Below, piece after piece: positions 13,210 to 24,840 of a stretch of 64,000 nucleotides of DNA; the first letter of the stretch is position 1, and each line of letters starts with the position of its first letter. Origin of the DNA: Octopus sinensis (taxonomy: Eukaryota); contig NC_042998.1 in assembly GCF_006345805.1 (NCBI RefSeq), positions 2,604,001 to 2,668,000 on the forward strand, read 5' to 3'. Position numbers and translations under genes: made by a program. The notes beneath the pieces are model-generated. The model was not told the origin of the DNA, did no database searches, and worked only from the letters and a program-made list of their open reading frames with translations.

Positions 13210-14048
13210 CTGAAAATATATTAATATATAACAAAGTTAGACCAGACAAGGTTCTATACAACATAATATAATCAAACTGCTTTGCAATATATTATATACA
13301 GTTTATATAATTCCCATTTATATAACAAATACAACATTTATTAAAAAAATTTTTATTTTAATCCTTTTAAGAATAGGGTAACCAAAATTTACTAACTAGA
13401 GATATTGGATAACATATTCCTTAAGAAAATAAGCACAACTGGAGACCTTAACTACTAAGTGTGAAGATCAATGATCAATAGGAGTTGGGTTGGTAGCTCC
13501 TATAAATTACCAATTGTACCCAGCTTTGCTACAGCCATGACCAACATCTTCACCACTATGATGACATTTGCTACTGTTGCCTACCAGCACCATGTTCTCA
13601 CCATAACTACTGCCAAAATATACACAACCACCATATATACACAAAATATACACAACAGACAGTGAAGTTGACTACCACTTCTGCCAACCTACAGCTGGCT
13701 GTCCACCCACTGTGACCTCTACAGTCACCAGCAACACCATTTCTGGAGAACTGTTGCTGCTATCATATTTGCTGAACAAACCAGGGTCACTGGCCTCACA
13801 GTAATCTGGATGGTAAGGTTTACATTGGCCCACATTTGTAAACCGTGTCCTTTGTGCAAGAAATATAGAAAGGTTACTCAATGTTGCTTTTTGCACTGTT
13901 AGAAGCTCTTCTTTTTTTTTTGTTACTTTACTACTATTTGTGTCAATGGTTTGTCAATTTGTATTACACATACTTGGAACTTTAAAATAGCTAAAACTGA
14001 AAACAATCTTTAATCATCAACCCAATTGTTCAAAATGATATCTAGAAT

Positions 14049-14245
14049 ACCTGTGCAGGTGGCACGTAAAAAACACCCACTACACTCGCGGAGTGGTTGG
14101 CGTTAGGAAGGGCATCCAGCCGTAGAAACACTGCCAGATCTGACTGGGCCTGACGAAGCCTTCCAGCTTCACAGACCCCAGTTGACCCGTCCAACCCATG
14201 CTAGCATGGAAAACGGACGCTAAACGATGATGATGATGATGATGA
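14049..14245 (+). mobile_element. RTE 3'UTR terminal copy, inverted relative to 14375-14955
   Basis: About 98% identical reverse complement of 14376-14575. Confidence 0.9.
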
Positions 14246-14374
14246 ATACAAAAATATAGTCAGAAGAAGAGCAGTCTTCTATTTTATCCCTTGAAATTCT
14301 GAATTCAAATCCTTTTCAAACAGAGCAGTAGTTAAATATTGAAATAACTTTGGTTTCTGCCAAAATTTGTGACA

Positions 14375-14955
14375 TTCATCATCATCATCATCATCATTGT
14401 TTAGCATCCGCTTTCCATGCTAGCATGGGTTGGACGGGTCAACTGGGGTCTGTGAAGCTGGAAGGCTTCGTCAGGCCCAGTCAGATCTGGCAGTGTTTCT
14501 ACGGCTGGATGCCCTTCCTAACGCCAACCACTCCGTGAGTGTAGTGGGTGTTTTTTACGTGCCACCTGCACAGGTGCCAGACAGAGCTGGCGAACGGCCA
14601 CGAACGGATGGTGCTTTTACGTGTCACCGGCACGGGGCCAGGCGATGCTGGCAACGGACATGAACGGATGGTGCTTTTACGTGCCACCGACACGGGGCCA
14701 GACAGAGCTGGCAACCAGCCACGAACGGACGGTGCTTTTACGTGTCACCGGCACGGGGGCCAGCCGAGGCTGGCAACGGACGCGAACGGATGGTGCTTTT
14801 ACGTGCCACCGACATGGTTGCCAGACAGAGCTGGCAAACGGCCACGAGCGGACGGGGCTTTTACGTGTCACCGGCACGGGGGCCAGCCGAGGCTGGCAAC
14901 GGACACGAACGGATGGTGCTTTTACGTGCCACCGACACGGGACCAGACAGAGCTG
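14375..14955 (-). mobile_element. RTE 3'UTR copy with expanded VNTR (about 6.6 x 61 bp)
   Basis: Same tail and body as 31823-32400; tandem units start at 14548, 14611, 14671, 14732, 14793, 14855, 14916. Confidence 0.9.
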
Positions 14956-15785
14956 AATATAATATATATATTATTAGCACAGTAATGTATAATAATGTAT
15001 ACTGAACTTATTGCATACAGTGCTCAGGTGCACTACAACTCATCAGAAAAAATAACCAAAATTGCATGAACTACACAGAATATGCACAGGAAGTGAACAG
15101 TAAAATAGTCTTTAAAAAAAAAGATTTTAAGAAAGAAGAAATGGGGGTGGGGGTAAGGGCACCAGATGTACTGTTGGCAAATTTCAAGAAGCACAGAAGT
15201 TTTGAACGATGTTGTGTCTCAACTGCTAACTACTGATGCAGGTAGTTTAAGGAACCAACTTCATGATATGATTTCTGATTTTAATGATTCTATTTTCTTT
15301 ATATTATTAATAATATCTTCTAAAAAAAGGCATGAATCACCCTCACTCTCACCTCTCAAGGGCATTGTACCTATGTAAGAAATCAGGTTGTTTGGCTAAG
15401 AGCCACCACTCTGCTTTGTTCACATCATTATTTAATTGTTTACTTTCAAAAACTCAACAACTTTCGAAGAGCATTAAAATCAAATGTACAAATCATAAGG
15501 ACAGTGTGCATAACAATTTTTTTAATATAAATCTAATTTATCATCATTTAACATTCACTTTTCGACATTTGCATAGGTCAGACAGAATTTGTTCAGCTAG
15601 CTTTTCTATGGCCACATGCCCTTCTTGCCATCAAACTTTGCATGCTTCCAAGTAAGGTAATACTCTCCCATGACCTGACAAGTTTTCGCAAAAAAAAAAA
15701 ACTGAAAACGCAAAACACCACCTGCGTGATGGTGACCCTCATTTACAACTCTCATGTTATGTCAAGGTAAGGAGACAGTAACACA

Positions 15786-15828
<43 letters not shown>

Positions 15829-16017
15829 GCATGATAACTATCTCCGTTTCCATCTACCAAACCTACTCACAAGAGAATGGTTGGTCTGGGTTTATTTATA
15901 GTAGATGACACACACATGTAACAAAGACCAATAACAGAATAATCTTAATATTTTTATGACTTAGTGGTAACAACGTCAGGCATGAAGACACATGGCTCAG
16001 TAGTAGAGTGTTGGGCG

Positions 16018-16355
16018 TGAAGGCACATGGCTCAGTGGTTAAAACATCAGGCTCACAATTATGAGGTAGTGAGCTCAATTCCCAGACCAAGCTGTGTATG
16101 TGTTCTTGAGCAAGACACTTTATTTCATATTGCTCCAGTTCACTCAGCTGTAGAAATGAGTCACGACATCACTGGTACCAAGCTGCATCAGCATTTGTCT
16201 TTTCGTTGAATAGCATCAGTAGTGTTGAGAGGGGGAGGTGTCATGCATGGGTGACTGCTGGTCTTCCATAAACACCTTCGTTTGGACTTGTGCATTGGAG
16301 GAGAACTTTCTAGGGTGCAATCCCATGATCATTCATGAGTGAAGGGTGAGGTCTT
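16018..16355 (+). mobile_element. Third tRNA-SINE family (cttgagcaagacact central domain). Other copies: about 9440-9730, 28860-29200 (split by an RTE tail), 51350-51590
   Basis: A box tggctcagtggtta, shared gtgttcttgagcaa(g/a)acactt domain across copies. Confidence 0.75.
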
Positions 16356-16404
16356 TACAAAATGCCAAAGAGAAAAGTGTTTCATAAGATTAAAAGTCCC
16401 TTAC

Positions 16405-16486
16405 CAGTTACTTTACCACGTGATGTTTTCCAACCAATCTCACCCTCATGAATTAACTTTCGACAATTAGCACTTAAATCTAACCT
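16405..16486 (-). CDS. RhoGEF exon 14 (82 nt, phase 0-1): RLDLSANCRKLIHEGEIGWKTSRGKVT(D) (PH start)
   Basis: tctatttgcag acceptor, CTG|gtaagg donor; RKL.HEG...WK...G motif. Confidence 0.95.
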
Positions 16487-16705
16487 CTGCAAATAGAAAA
16501 TGAAAGATTAAGCAGGCTACAAACCATAATAACATGTATTCAATGATTACCAGACAAACCTGTTTACCTTCGTCTAACAAGCTGTGTGTCACAGCCCTAC
16601 CTCAGAAGCAAAATAGTTTCCAAAAAAAGAAGACTACAAGGATAAAAATACTTGCAGCAATAATTCATGTAAAAATACTTAAATTAACAGAAATCATCCT
16701 ACAAA

Positions 16706-17130
16706 AGGCGGCAAGCTGGCAGAATTGTTAGCACACTGAGCGAAATGCTTAGCAGTATTTCATCTGCCGCTACGTTGTGAGTTCAAATTCCGCCGAGGTC
16801 GACTTTGCCTTTCATCCTTTCGGGGTCGATAAATTAAGTACCAGTTACACACTGGGGTTCGATATAATCGACTTAAACCGTGTGTCTGTCCTTGTTTGTC
16901 CTCTCTGTGTTTAGCCCCTTGTGGGTAGTAAAGAAATAGGTATTCCGTCTAGCATTACGTTTTGAGTTCAAATTCCAACGAGGTCGACTTTGCCTTTCAT
17001 CCTTTCAGAGTCGATTAAATAAGTACGAGTTATGGACTGGGGTTCGATATAATCGACTTAATCCATTTGTCTGTCCTTGTTTGTCCCCTCTGTGTTTAGC
17101 CCCTTGTGGGCAGTAAAGAAATAAGAAATC
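16706..17130 (+). mobile_element. Second tRNA-SINE family (gagctggcagaatcgttagca head) with a tandem partial duplication. Other copies: 40655-40890, 52705-52930, 52950-53160
   Basis: B box gagttcaaattcc, conserved gtcgactttgcctttcatcctttcggggtcgataaattaagtacc domain; second unit restarts at the B box (about 16955). Confidence 0.85.
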
Positions 17131-17690
17131 ATCCAACATATGTTATGTTTCAATTAAAGACTGAATTTATAAAAAAAAAGTAAATAAATAAAAACATTTT
17201 TAAAAATCAACATTGTCATCATCATCATCATCATTAAACGTCTTCTTTGCCATGCTTACACAGGTCAGACTGAATCTATTCAGACAGCTATTTCTTTTTT
17301 CCTGGCTTCATGCCATTACTGTTGCCAATGCTGACCTGTTTCCAGCCAAGCTAATATTTCCTCCATGGTCAGACATGTTTTTCACAGAAGACTGGAGATG
17401 AACAACATCACTAGAATGACAGTGATATTCTTTTACAACTACGATTTGATGTCAAGACAAGGGTGTATATATATGCGCACACACACAAGTTTGAGTGTGT
17501 GCACATATATATATATACATATGGCAGGCTTCTAGTTACCATCTATGAAACCCACTCACAAGGCTTTGGTCAACTTGAGGCTATAGCAGAAGACACAGGC
17601 CCTAGGTGCTGCACAGTGAAACTGAAACAGAGACATCGCTGGGAAGCAAGCTTCTTAACCACCCAGCTTGACTGTGCCTAATACATAAAA

Positions 17691-17990
17691 TCATCATCAT
17701 CATCATCGTTTAACGTCCATTTTCCGCGCTAGCACGGGTTGGACAGTTCGACTGGGGTCTGGGGAGCCAGGGGCTGCTCCAGGCTCCAGTCCGATCTGGC
17801 AGTGTTTCTACAGCTGGATGCCCTTCCTAACGCCAACCACTCCGCGAGTGTAGTGGGTGCTTTTTACGTGCCACCTGCACAGGTGCCAGAGGGGTCTAGC
17901 ATTGGCCATGATCGGTTGGTGCTTTTTATGTGTCACCGGCACAGAAGCCAGTCGAGGCGGTGCTGGCATTGGCCACGTTCGGATGGTGCA
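17691..17990 (-). mobile_element. RTE 3'UTR copy, same subfamily as 21993-22318
   Basis: Family homology and shared diagnostic variants. Confidence 0.88.
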
Positions 17991-18260
17991 TCACCATTTA
18001 ATTACCATTTTCCACACTGGCATAGGCTAGATAAATTGACAGGAGCTGGTAAAGCCAGGGGTCACTCCAAGTTCCATAATCTGTTTTGGCATGGTTTCTA
18101 CAGCTAGTTGCCCTTCCTAATGCCAACCACTTAACAGAGTATACCAGGTGCTTTTTACATGGCACCATCACCAGTGCTTTTTACATGGCACCTTGGTTTT
18201 AGGATATCAATTCTGTTGTGGCGGGTAGGTCTTCTTAACCATTAAAAAGCATTGAATTAC

Positions 18261-18427
18261 CTTAAATTTTCTTCCTCGATATGACACAGAAGAACGGGGA
18301 TCAATCCGTTGTATAATTTCTTCAAGGTGTTGTGCACGTTCATATTCTTCAACTTGAGAATTCACATTCGTTAAAATTTCTTTGATATGTTCTAAAGCTA
18401 GAAGCAAGTTATCACGTTCCTTTTTAT
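18261..18427 (-). CDS. RhoGEF exon 13 (167 nt, phase 1-0): (D)KKERDNLLLALEHIKEILTNVNSQV...RGRKFK (DH end and linker)
   Basis: ttattttttag acceptor, AAG|gtaatt donor; overlaps supplied ORF 18207..18407. Confidence 0.96.
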
Positions 18428-18609
18428 CTAAAAAATAAAATTTATGAAATTGGTTAACTCAAGAATAACTGTTCATTAAAACATTTTTTCTTTTTGTTTT
18501 CTTCAATAAAATTCATTGACCAAAATAGTTCACATCAACCATGCTGCTCTCTATGATTTCAACATAACCCTAGCTCAGGTGGTTTAAATGCTAATTAACC
18601 CATCAGCAG

Positions 18610-18837
18610 TTAACCCTTTCACATTCAGATTACTCAGTTAAATGTAAAATTTATTCATTCACATTGGTTTCAAATAATCATGTATGGTCTCACAGCTTTG
18701 GGATTTCGATGTTGTGATAGCATACATTTAGAATGACATTGTAGGGTAGGTGTGAGAGACTTAATCTGGCTGGTTTCAACCTAAAACAGGTAGAATATTC
18801 GGGCCAGACACCACCAGTTTGAATATGAAAGGGTTAA
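18610..18837. mobile_element. piggyBac-type MITE (TTAA TSD, CCCTTT..AAAGGG ends). Family copies: 4920-5148, 42954-43137, 44679-44904, 56251-56479, 61371-61592
   Basis: TTAA|CCCTTT ... AAAGGG|TTAA and a shared internal aaaacaggtagaatatt.gggccagat motif. Confidence 0.85.
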
Positions 18838-19491
18838 AGGACGGTCTCTTCAAACCGGTTTACTGCACCATACTCTGCTTCAACCCGTCTCTGTATGTAC
18901 AAAAATTCAAAACAATTGAAACTACACTGACCAATAACATCATCATCATCATCATTTTCATTTTTCCGTGCTTGCATAGAATTGCCAACCCTCATGTTTC
19001 CAAGCAAAGTAATATTTACCCCATAGCCAGACATGTTCTCACGGAATATTGGAAGTGAATAACACTGCTTGTTTGACATTGAAAATCATTTACAAACGTA
19101 ACTTGCTGTCAAGACCAGGAAACACACACACACACACACACACACAAATGGTAGTCTTCTTTAACCTGTCTACCAAATCCATTCACAAGGCTTTGGTTAA
19201 CCCAGGGCTATAATAGAAGACACCCACCCAGGGTGCCTTGTAGTGAGCATATGGCTGGAAAAAAAACTTCTTACCAACCAGCCATGCACATGTCTACTTT
19301 AAACTGTATAACCTCAATCTAAAAATTACAAACCACAGAACGCAATAATACCAAGTGAAAAATCAATAAAACTTTGACAAATACTTTACCGCTTAGTCAT
19401 TCAGTTGGTCAATAATTCAGATAAAATTACACCAAGTCAACACAATATAAAATCAACACAAAATAAATTTGTTATAAAATGAAATGTCTAC

Positions 19492-19609
19492 CTTTTGTGT
19501 TTTTAACAATACTTTCAATCATTGTTGGATATTTTGTGAGACGATGAGTAACAATGAGAAGAAAATCAGGAATTTCTCGTTTCGCAAACAAGCTATTACT
19601 TGACCATCG
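19492..19609 (-). CDS. RhoGEF exon 12 (118 nt, phase 0-1): RWSSNSLFAKREIPDFLLIVTHRLTKYPTMIESIVKNTK (DH CR3)
   Basis: ttctttgcag acceptor, AAG|gtagac donor; RLTKYP motif. Confidence 0.96.
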
Positions 19610-20214
19610 CTGCAAAGAAGAGAAATGTTAGAAATAAGTAATGAAATCAGTAAAATGGTTGGCAAAAGGAAGGGCATCCAGCCACTGAAATCTGGGCATG
19701 CAGGGACCAACTTGTGACAGCAATGGCTCCCAAGAGACGACCTGGACTGTGACAACCCAGCCAACACATGCCAGCATGGAAAGCAGATTTTCTACGCCTG
19801 GATGCCTTCCCAGTTGTCAACATGTAATTTTTTTCAAGCAAAGTAGTAAGTCCCCATAGCTGGAAATATTTTCACAAAAGACTTGGAGCAAAGGACATTG
19901 CTTTTGTGACTGACACAACCACACAATATTAAGACAACAAAACACATGCAAAACGGGTTTCTTTCAGTTTCTGTCAACCAAATCCACCCACAAAACCTGT
20001 GTCAGTACACAGTTACATTGGAAGACACATGCACAAGGTACCAAACAGGGAAACAGTGGGGATGAACCTAAAACCATATGGTTCGCAAGTGAGCTTCTTA
20101 ACCATGGGTCATAGCTGTGCCTGTGTCTTTTTTTAATGTGTGGTGAAGAAGGAGGAGGAGGAGAGAGAGAGAAACAATAAGAGAAGTCAGTACAATTCTG
20201 AATATTCCTTTATT

Positions 20215-20650
20215 TTTGTGAGACTTGGACAACTATCCGGAGCCCTTAGAAGCCACTCGGACTCCTTTGGTACCAGGACACTTTGCATGATTATGGGTTA
20301 CCATTGGTCAGATTTTGTATCCAACCAACAACTACGCTCAGAAACTGGGATGCATCCAGTTCTTTGTATGATTTAGGATTGTCAGTTCAGACTGTTTGGT
20401 CATGTTGCTCAAGTTTCTGAGTTGGATGCCAGACATTGTGTTCTCTTCTCCGAGGTTGTGGCTGAGGGGACAGCTCATATTTGTCGACCACATGCCACAC
20501 GGTTACACCAAATGAGGAAGTATCTTGCAGAGATGGGGACTCACTGGGACACTGCTCAGAGGGTTGCCCAGGATGACCCAAGTAAATACTGGTAAATGGT
20601 AGATGTAGTGATGCACTGCAACAGCACATGCTCCCATACCTGCCCTGAGG
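20215..20650 (+). mobile_element. Degraded RTE-clade LINE ORF2 C-terminus
   Basis: ETW..LSGALRSHSDSFGTRTLCMIMGYHWSDFVSNQQLRSETGM...RLFGHVA...VDVVMHCNSTCSHT, typical of the RTE ORF2 end. Confidence 0.85.
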
Positions 20651-20979
20651 TGGATAAAACCACTTGACCCATATGTGAAATACAGGTTCAATACCAGTTC
20701 AAGCAAAGTGCAATATGACCTAATCACAATCACAGGCTCAATTGTTTGAAATAAAAAAAAAAGGGTATTAACCAATAATTTATTTCTTCATTTCTTAAGT
20801 CATCTCAAAATCAAAAATTTAGGCATTCTAAAAAATAAAATAACCATTATTTGTAGTTTCTAATATAACAAAACTGGGTAAAACTATTATTATCTCTTCT
20901 TTTTATCAGATCTAAATAACATTTTCAAATCAATGTAATATGTGAAAGGAACTGATGGAAAAGCGGTCTTTAGACTTAC

Positions 20980-21102
20980 CTTAACAAGAGACAGAACTCT
21001 GCGATCAGTTATCAAATCTTTGTAGACAGTAGCAGATTCTTTATGATGTGAACAAAAGTAGCCATAGACATTTTTAATCCTCTCACTATTTTCTCCATCA
21101 AA
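20980..21102 (-). CDS. RhoGEF exon 11 (123 nt, phase 0-0): FDGENSERIKNVYGYFCSHHKESATVYKDLITDRRVLSLVK (DH)
   Basis: ttttaacag acceptor, AAG|gtaagt donor; F.G......YG.FCS.H motif. Confidence 0.96.
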
Positions 21103-21992
21103 CTGTTAAAAGGCAAGTAAAAAAAAATTAATTATTTCAATGCATTTATCATTTTTAAAATAAACAGTAAGATGATATACAACTGATATAACTGACCTTA
21201 ATAATTAGTTAGCCACTATGATAAAACTAATTACAGAAATCTGTAATCATTTTGCCATGTCCAATCAAGTGGGGGAATATATACACAACAGAATCCAAGA
21301 AACTGGCCTTGTGGACTTATGGCTCAGGAAGGACCTTTCATCTTTTTTTGATGATAATTTTATAAAGTTTCTCAGTAATCATACAATATTTCTTGTGTGT
21401 GTCTGATCAATTTTAATTCTAATAGGTTATATTTTGCTTATTCCATTTTATTGTCTGTTTTTCTATGCTAGCATGGATAAGATGTCTGTATCCATGGAAA
21501 TACTGCTTTCCAACTGGGATGCCCAACCTGTTTTATCAAGTTAGAAGAGATCTGTTATTTCACATATTTTTGAGGGAGGGCACCAGCAGTGTTGTCATTG
21601 TCGGTTATCCTAGTGTCGAGAGAACAGACAACAGCGCTGCTCATAGCAAGCAACTTTCACAGAGCATGAATATGAACACACACACACACACAGCCATGAC
21701 AGGCTTTCTCCAGTTTCCACCATTCCAATTTACACAAGGCTGGGGCTAAGGGAGAAGCCACTTGGCCAAGGAGCTACATAATAGGACTGAATTTGAAATC
21801 ACGACACAGTGGTGCTCATGACTACTGTTCACTCACAAAGTTTTTATAGAATATTATATAAATATATATATATGTAGTTTATGTCAAGAAACTGAAACAT
21901 TTTCATAGTTTTTTTTTTATTTAATATTTTTGTTTATAGTTTAATTAAATTTTTTTCTATAAACAAATATCAATGGAAATAGTAGTTGTGAT

Positions 21993-22318
21993 ACCTGTGC
22001 CGGTGGCACATAAAAAGCACCATCCGAACGTGGCCGTTGCCAGCGCCGCCTTGGCTGGCTTCCATGCCGGTGGCACATTAAAAGCTCCAACCGATTGTGG
22101 CCGATGCCGGGCTCCTACTGGCACCTGTGCAGGTAGCACGTAAAAAGCACCCACTACACACGCGGAGTGGTTGGTGTTAGGAAGGGCATCCAGCTGTAGA
22201 AACACTGCCAGATCAGACTGGAGCCTGGTGCAGCCCCTGGCTTCCCAGACCCCGGTCGAACCGTCCAACCCGTGCTAGCGCGGAAAACGGACATTAAACA
22301 ATGATGATGTTGATGAAA
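21993..22318 (+). mobile_element. RTE 3'UTR copy, subfamily with CCGTGCTAGCGCGG hairpin variant
   Basis: Family homology; about 94% reverse-complement match to the 17691-17990 copy. Confidence 0.88.
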
Positions 22319-22565
22319 ATTAACCCCATTACAAGGAAACTGAGCCGATAACCTGAGGAGATACAGACTAGCTGAATAAAAATATCTTTCACATGGCTAA
22401 AATGTAACCAGTACATCAGTGACTGATTGTAAATTAATCGTTTCGGCTTTAACCCTTCCATTTCATAAATTCTTGGCAGAAGCAAAAAGTGATGTGCTTT
22501 ACCTTCATTCCTTCTAATCTCTTCTGTAATAAACAATAATAATTGCAAAGCAACTGTCAGCTCAC

Positions 22566-22745
22566 CTGATCAATTAAGGTCTTCCCAATCTCGTCAACAA
22601 TATTGTCTTTATTCTGAGACTGAAGCTGCTGCAAGTTGTTAAAGAAACACACGTGAATGGCGAGGAGGTCTTCCAAACATGGAAACATCATATTGAGACA
22701 CTCGAGAGTCACTCCCGCTTCACTGTGAAGACGATCACAGATAAT
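22566..22745 (-). CDS. RhoGEF exon 10 (180 nt, phase 0-0): IICDRLHSEAG...FPCLEDLLAIH...IGKTLIDQ (DH)
   Basis: ttgttgtag acceptor, CAG|gtgagc donor; FP.L..L..IH DH motif. Confidence 0.96.
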
Positions 22746-23462
22746 CTACAACAACAACAACAAAAGAACAATCAACATCAAACTAATTCAAATCAAAAGA
22801 AAATACATAAAGCCACAAGACACACAGATTAACAAATTCATTAAACTAATTAGTATCATTCTCATTTCACTTCCACTTTTTCATTCTTGCATAATTTGTT
22901 GAGGCAGATTTTCTATGGTCGGATGCTTTTTCTGTTGTTAATTCGTTTGTTTCCAAGCTAGACAGGTTTTCTATAGAAGACTAGGAAATGAACAACCTTA
23001 TTTATGACACATGACAATGGGCTTCTTTCAGTTTCTATCTACCAAATCCATTCACAAAGCTTTTAGTCAACCTAGGGCTATAGAAGAAGACACTTGCTTA
23101 AGATGTGCCTAGAGACTGAATCCATGATTGGGAAGCAAGCTGCTAACTACACACCACACCAGTACATGTTCAATAAACCAGTGCATTGCACTATTCATAT
23201 CTTTATTCAGTTCTAGAATTTAAATTTTTCAAACTGTTTTTTGCATTTTCCTTTTCATATTTATATTGCTTCAATTTACAGTTGCCATTTGTTTGTGTTT
23301 CTTCCAGGTCAGACCAAGTTGATCTATACCACATTCATGCTTACTCATAAAAATATTATTTTATACTGGAATCCTAACAGAGTTTCAATTTCTAGATTTC
23401 AATTCATTTTCCCATTGTAACTGAATTAATAAGCTCGATTAATTAAGAATCAGAGAACCTAC

Positions 23463-23515
23463 CTTTTGCATAATAGTTAACTTTTGGCAATATTTCTTTT
23501 CTGTTAGTACCAATT
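23463..23515 (-). CDS. RhoGEF exon 9 (53 nt, phase 1-0): LVLTEKKYCQKLTIMQK
   Basis: ttttctttttag acceptor, AAG|gtaggt donor; DH CR1 EL..TE..Y...L. Confidence 0.95.
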
Positions 23516-24069
23516 CTAAAAAGAAAACAAAATTAGCATTAGAAATTCCTCAGCCTATAGTCACAATTGGAATAACAAAAGAGATTAAATTTAGAGAGAG
23601 AGAGAGAGAGAGAGAGTTGGTGTAGGGAGAAAACCAAGAAAAGATTAGATCCAAATGAAAGAAAAACTGACTAAAACAAGTTTTCTCATCAAAGCTTAGA
23701 GTTAAGATAGATTTCATCAACACAAGTTAATTAGCATTTTAATCACAAAAAGGACATTTCTTCATAATCCTCACAAGAAAATAAATGAAACAAATAGAAA
23801 TAATGTATTCGTAATAGTAGATGCAATTCTGAAATTAAAATCATTAGTTTTGTTTGTAAAACAGAAGGCTTTATGCAATTTCAAATGTGACCAACTCTTT
23901 TGCAGGAAACACAATTGCTATAGATTAATGTAAAGCATTCTCATATTGGCTGATCATTGAAGATTACTAGTGAGTTTCATTGCATGCTTTCCTGGGGAAT
24001 TGTGATTTGCATGTCATCTATTCAGACTGATGTATTTTTTTTTATAGATTTAAATGCTCAAAATCAAGA

Positions 24070-24342
24070 ATGGGTGAGGTCATTTTGTTAGCAAAACGTT
24101 GGCCTTCAATCAATGTTGACAAAATATTTGCTATCTCAGAGGAGACTGATGATAACAATGACAGTCTGGATAATGGAGGTGATGTTGATTTGCCATCCTT
24201 TCATGATTCAGAGGATGAATACAATACAAGTGCAAGCGTTGTAGATAATGACACAATGCATGCGTACACCTGTGCCGAGTCTGGTAGCGGGAAAGAATTG
24301 CATGGTGATGGGGATACTGCTGACAAGGCTGGGTGCACGTAA
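24070..24342 (+). pseudogene. Acidic ORF resembling a piggyBac transposase N-terminus (remnant)
   Basis: AKRWPSINVDKIFAISEETDD...DSEDEY resembles the acidic N-termini of piggyBac transposases; no catalytic domain follows. Confidence 0.4.
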
Positions 24343-24788
24343 GGGACTTGAAAAATGACAACCCTACCCCCCTCTCCCACTGTCATAAATGATTTTATCA
24401 GTCAAGGTGGACTTGTACAGATACCAATTGAAGCTATCCACTCATTTTATTTTATTTATCTTTTTTTTTTTTTTTTGATACTGATGCTGAGTCTTCATAT
24501 CAGAATTATCTTGAGATAGAAACCAATGAATATTTCACCAACTGAATAAAGAAATATGGGACCACTCCCAAAATACGTCTGTGACAATCAATGACACTTA
24601 GAAAAAAAGACCAGGATGAGTTATCAGTTTAGATTTCAATATGGAACTTAAATCATACTGAGTTTTACACAAATTGTCAGAAAATTATTTGCCCACACCA
24701 CAAGATTTCAAAAACAAAAATTATCTCCTAGTGAAAGGTTTCAAATACCTTTACTGTAAAATAAAGATAGAAATCAAATATAGCTTAC

Positions 24789-24840
24789 CATAAATATGAT
24801 CTTGTCGTTTCACCTCTTTATGACTTAGCTTTTTGACAAC
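24789..24840 (-). CDS. RhoGEF exon 8 (52 nt, phase 0-1): VVKKLSHKEVKRQDHIY(E)
   Basis: ttgcag acceptor, ATG|gtaagc donor; KRQ..IYE DH-start motif. Confidence 0.95.

Noticed and set aside
13672-13896. 74-aa minus-strand ORF in the intron between PH exons
   Set aside because: Purine-rich upstream region, no usable donor, and inclusion would split the PH domain
14548-14955. CRISPR-like repeat-spacer reading of the array
   Set aside because: The variable parts recur (A/B types) rather than being unique spacers, the array is inside a LINE UTR, and there are no cas genes in this eukaryotic context
14430-15005. Multiple overlapping ORFs (up to 145 aa) in the supplied track
   Set aside because: Products of a GC-rich tandem repeat; the same pseudo-peptides recur at every family copy
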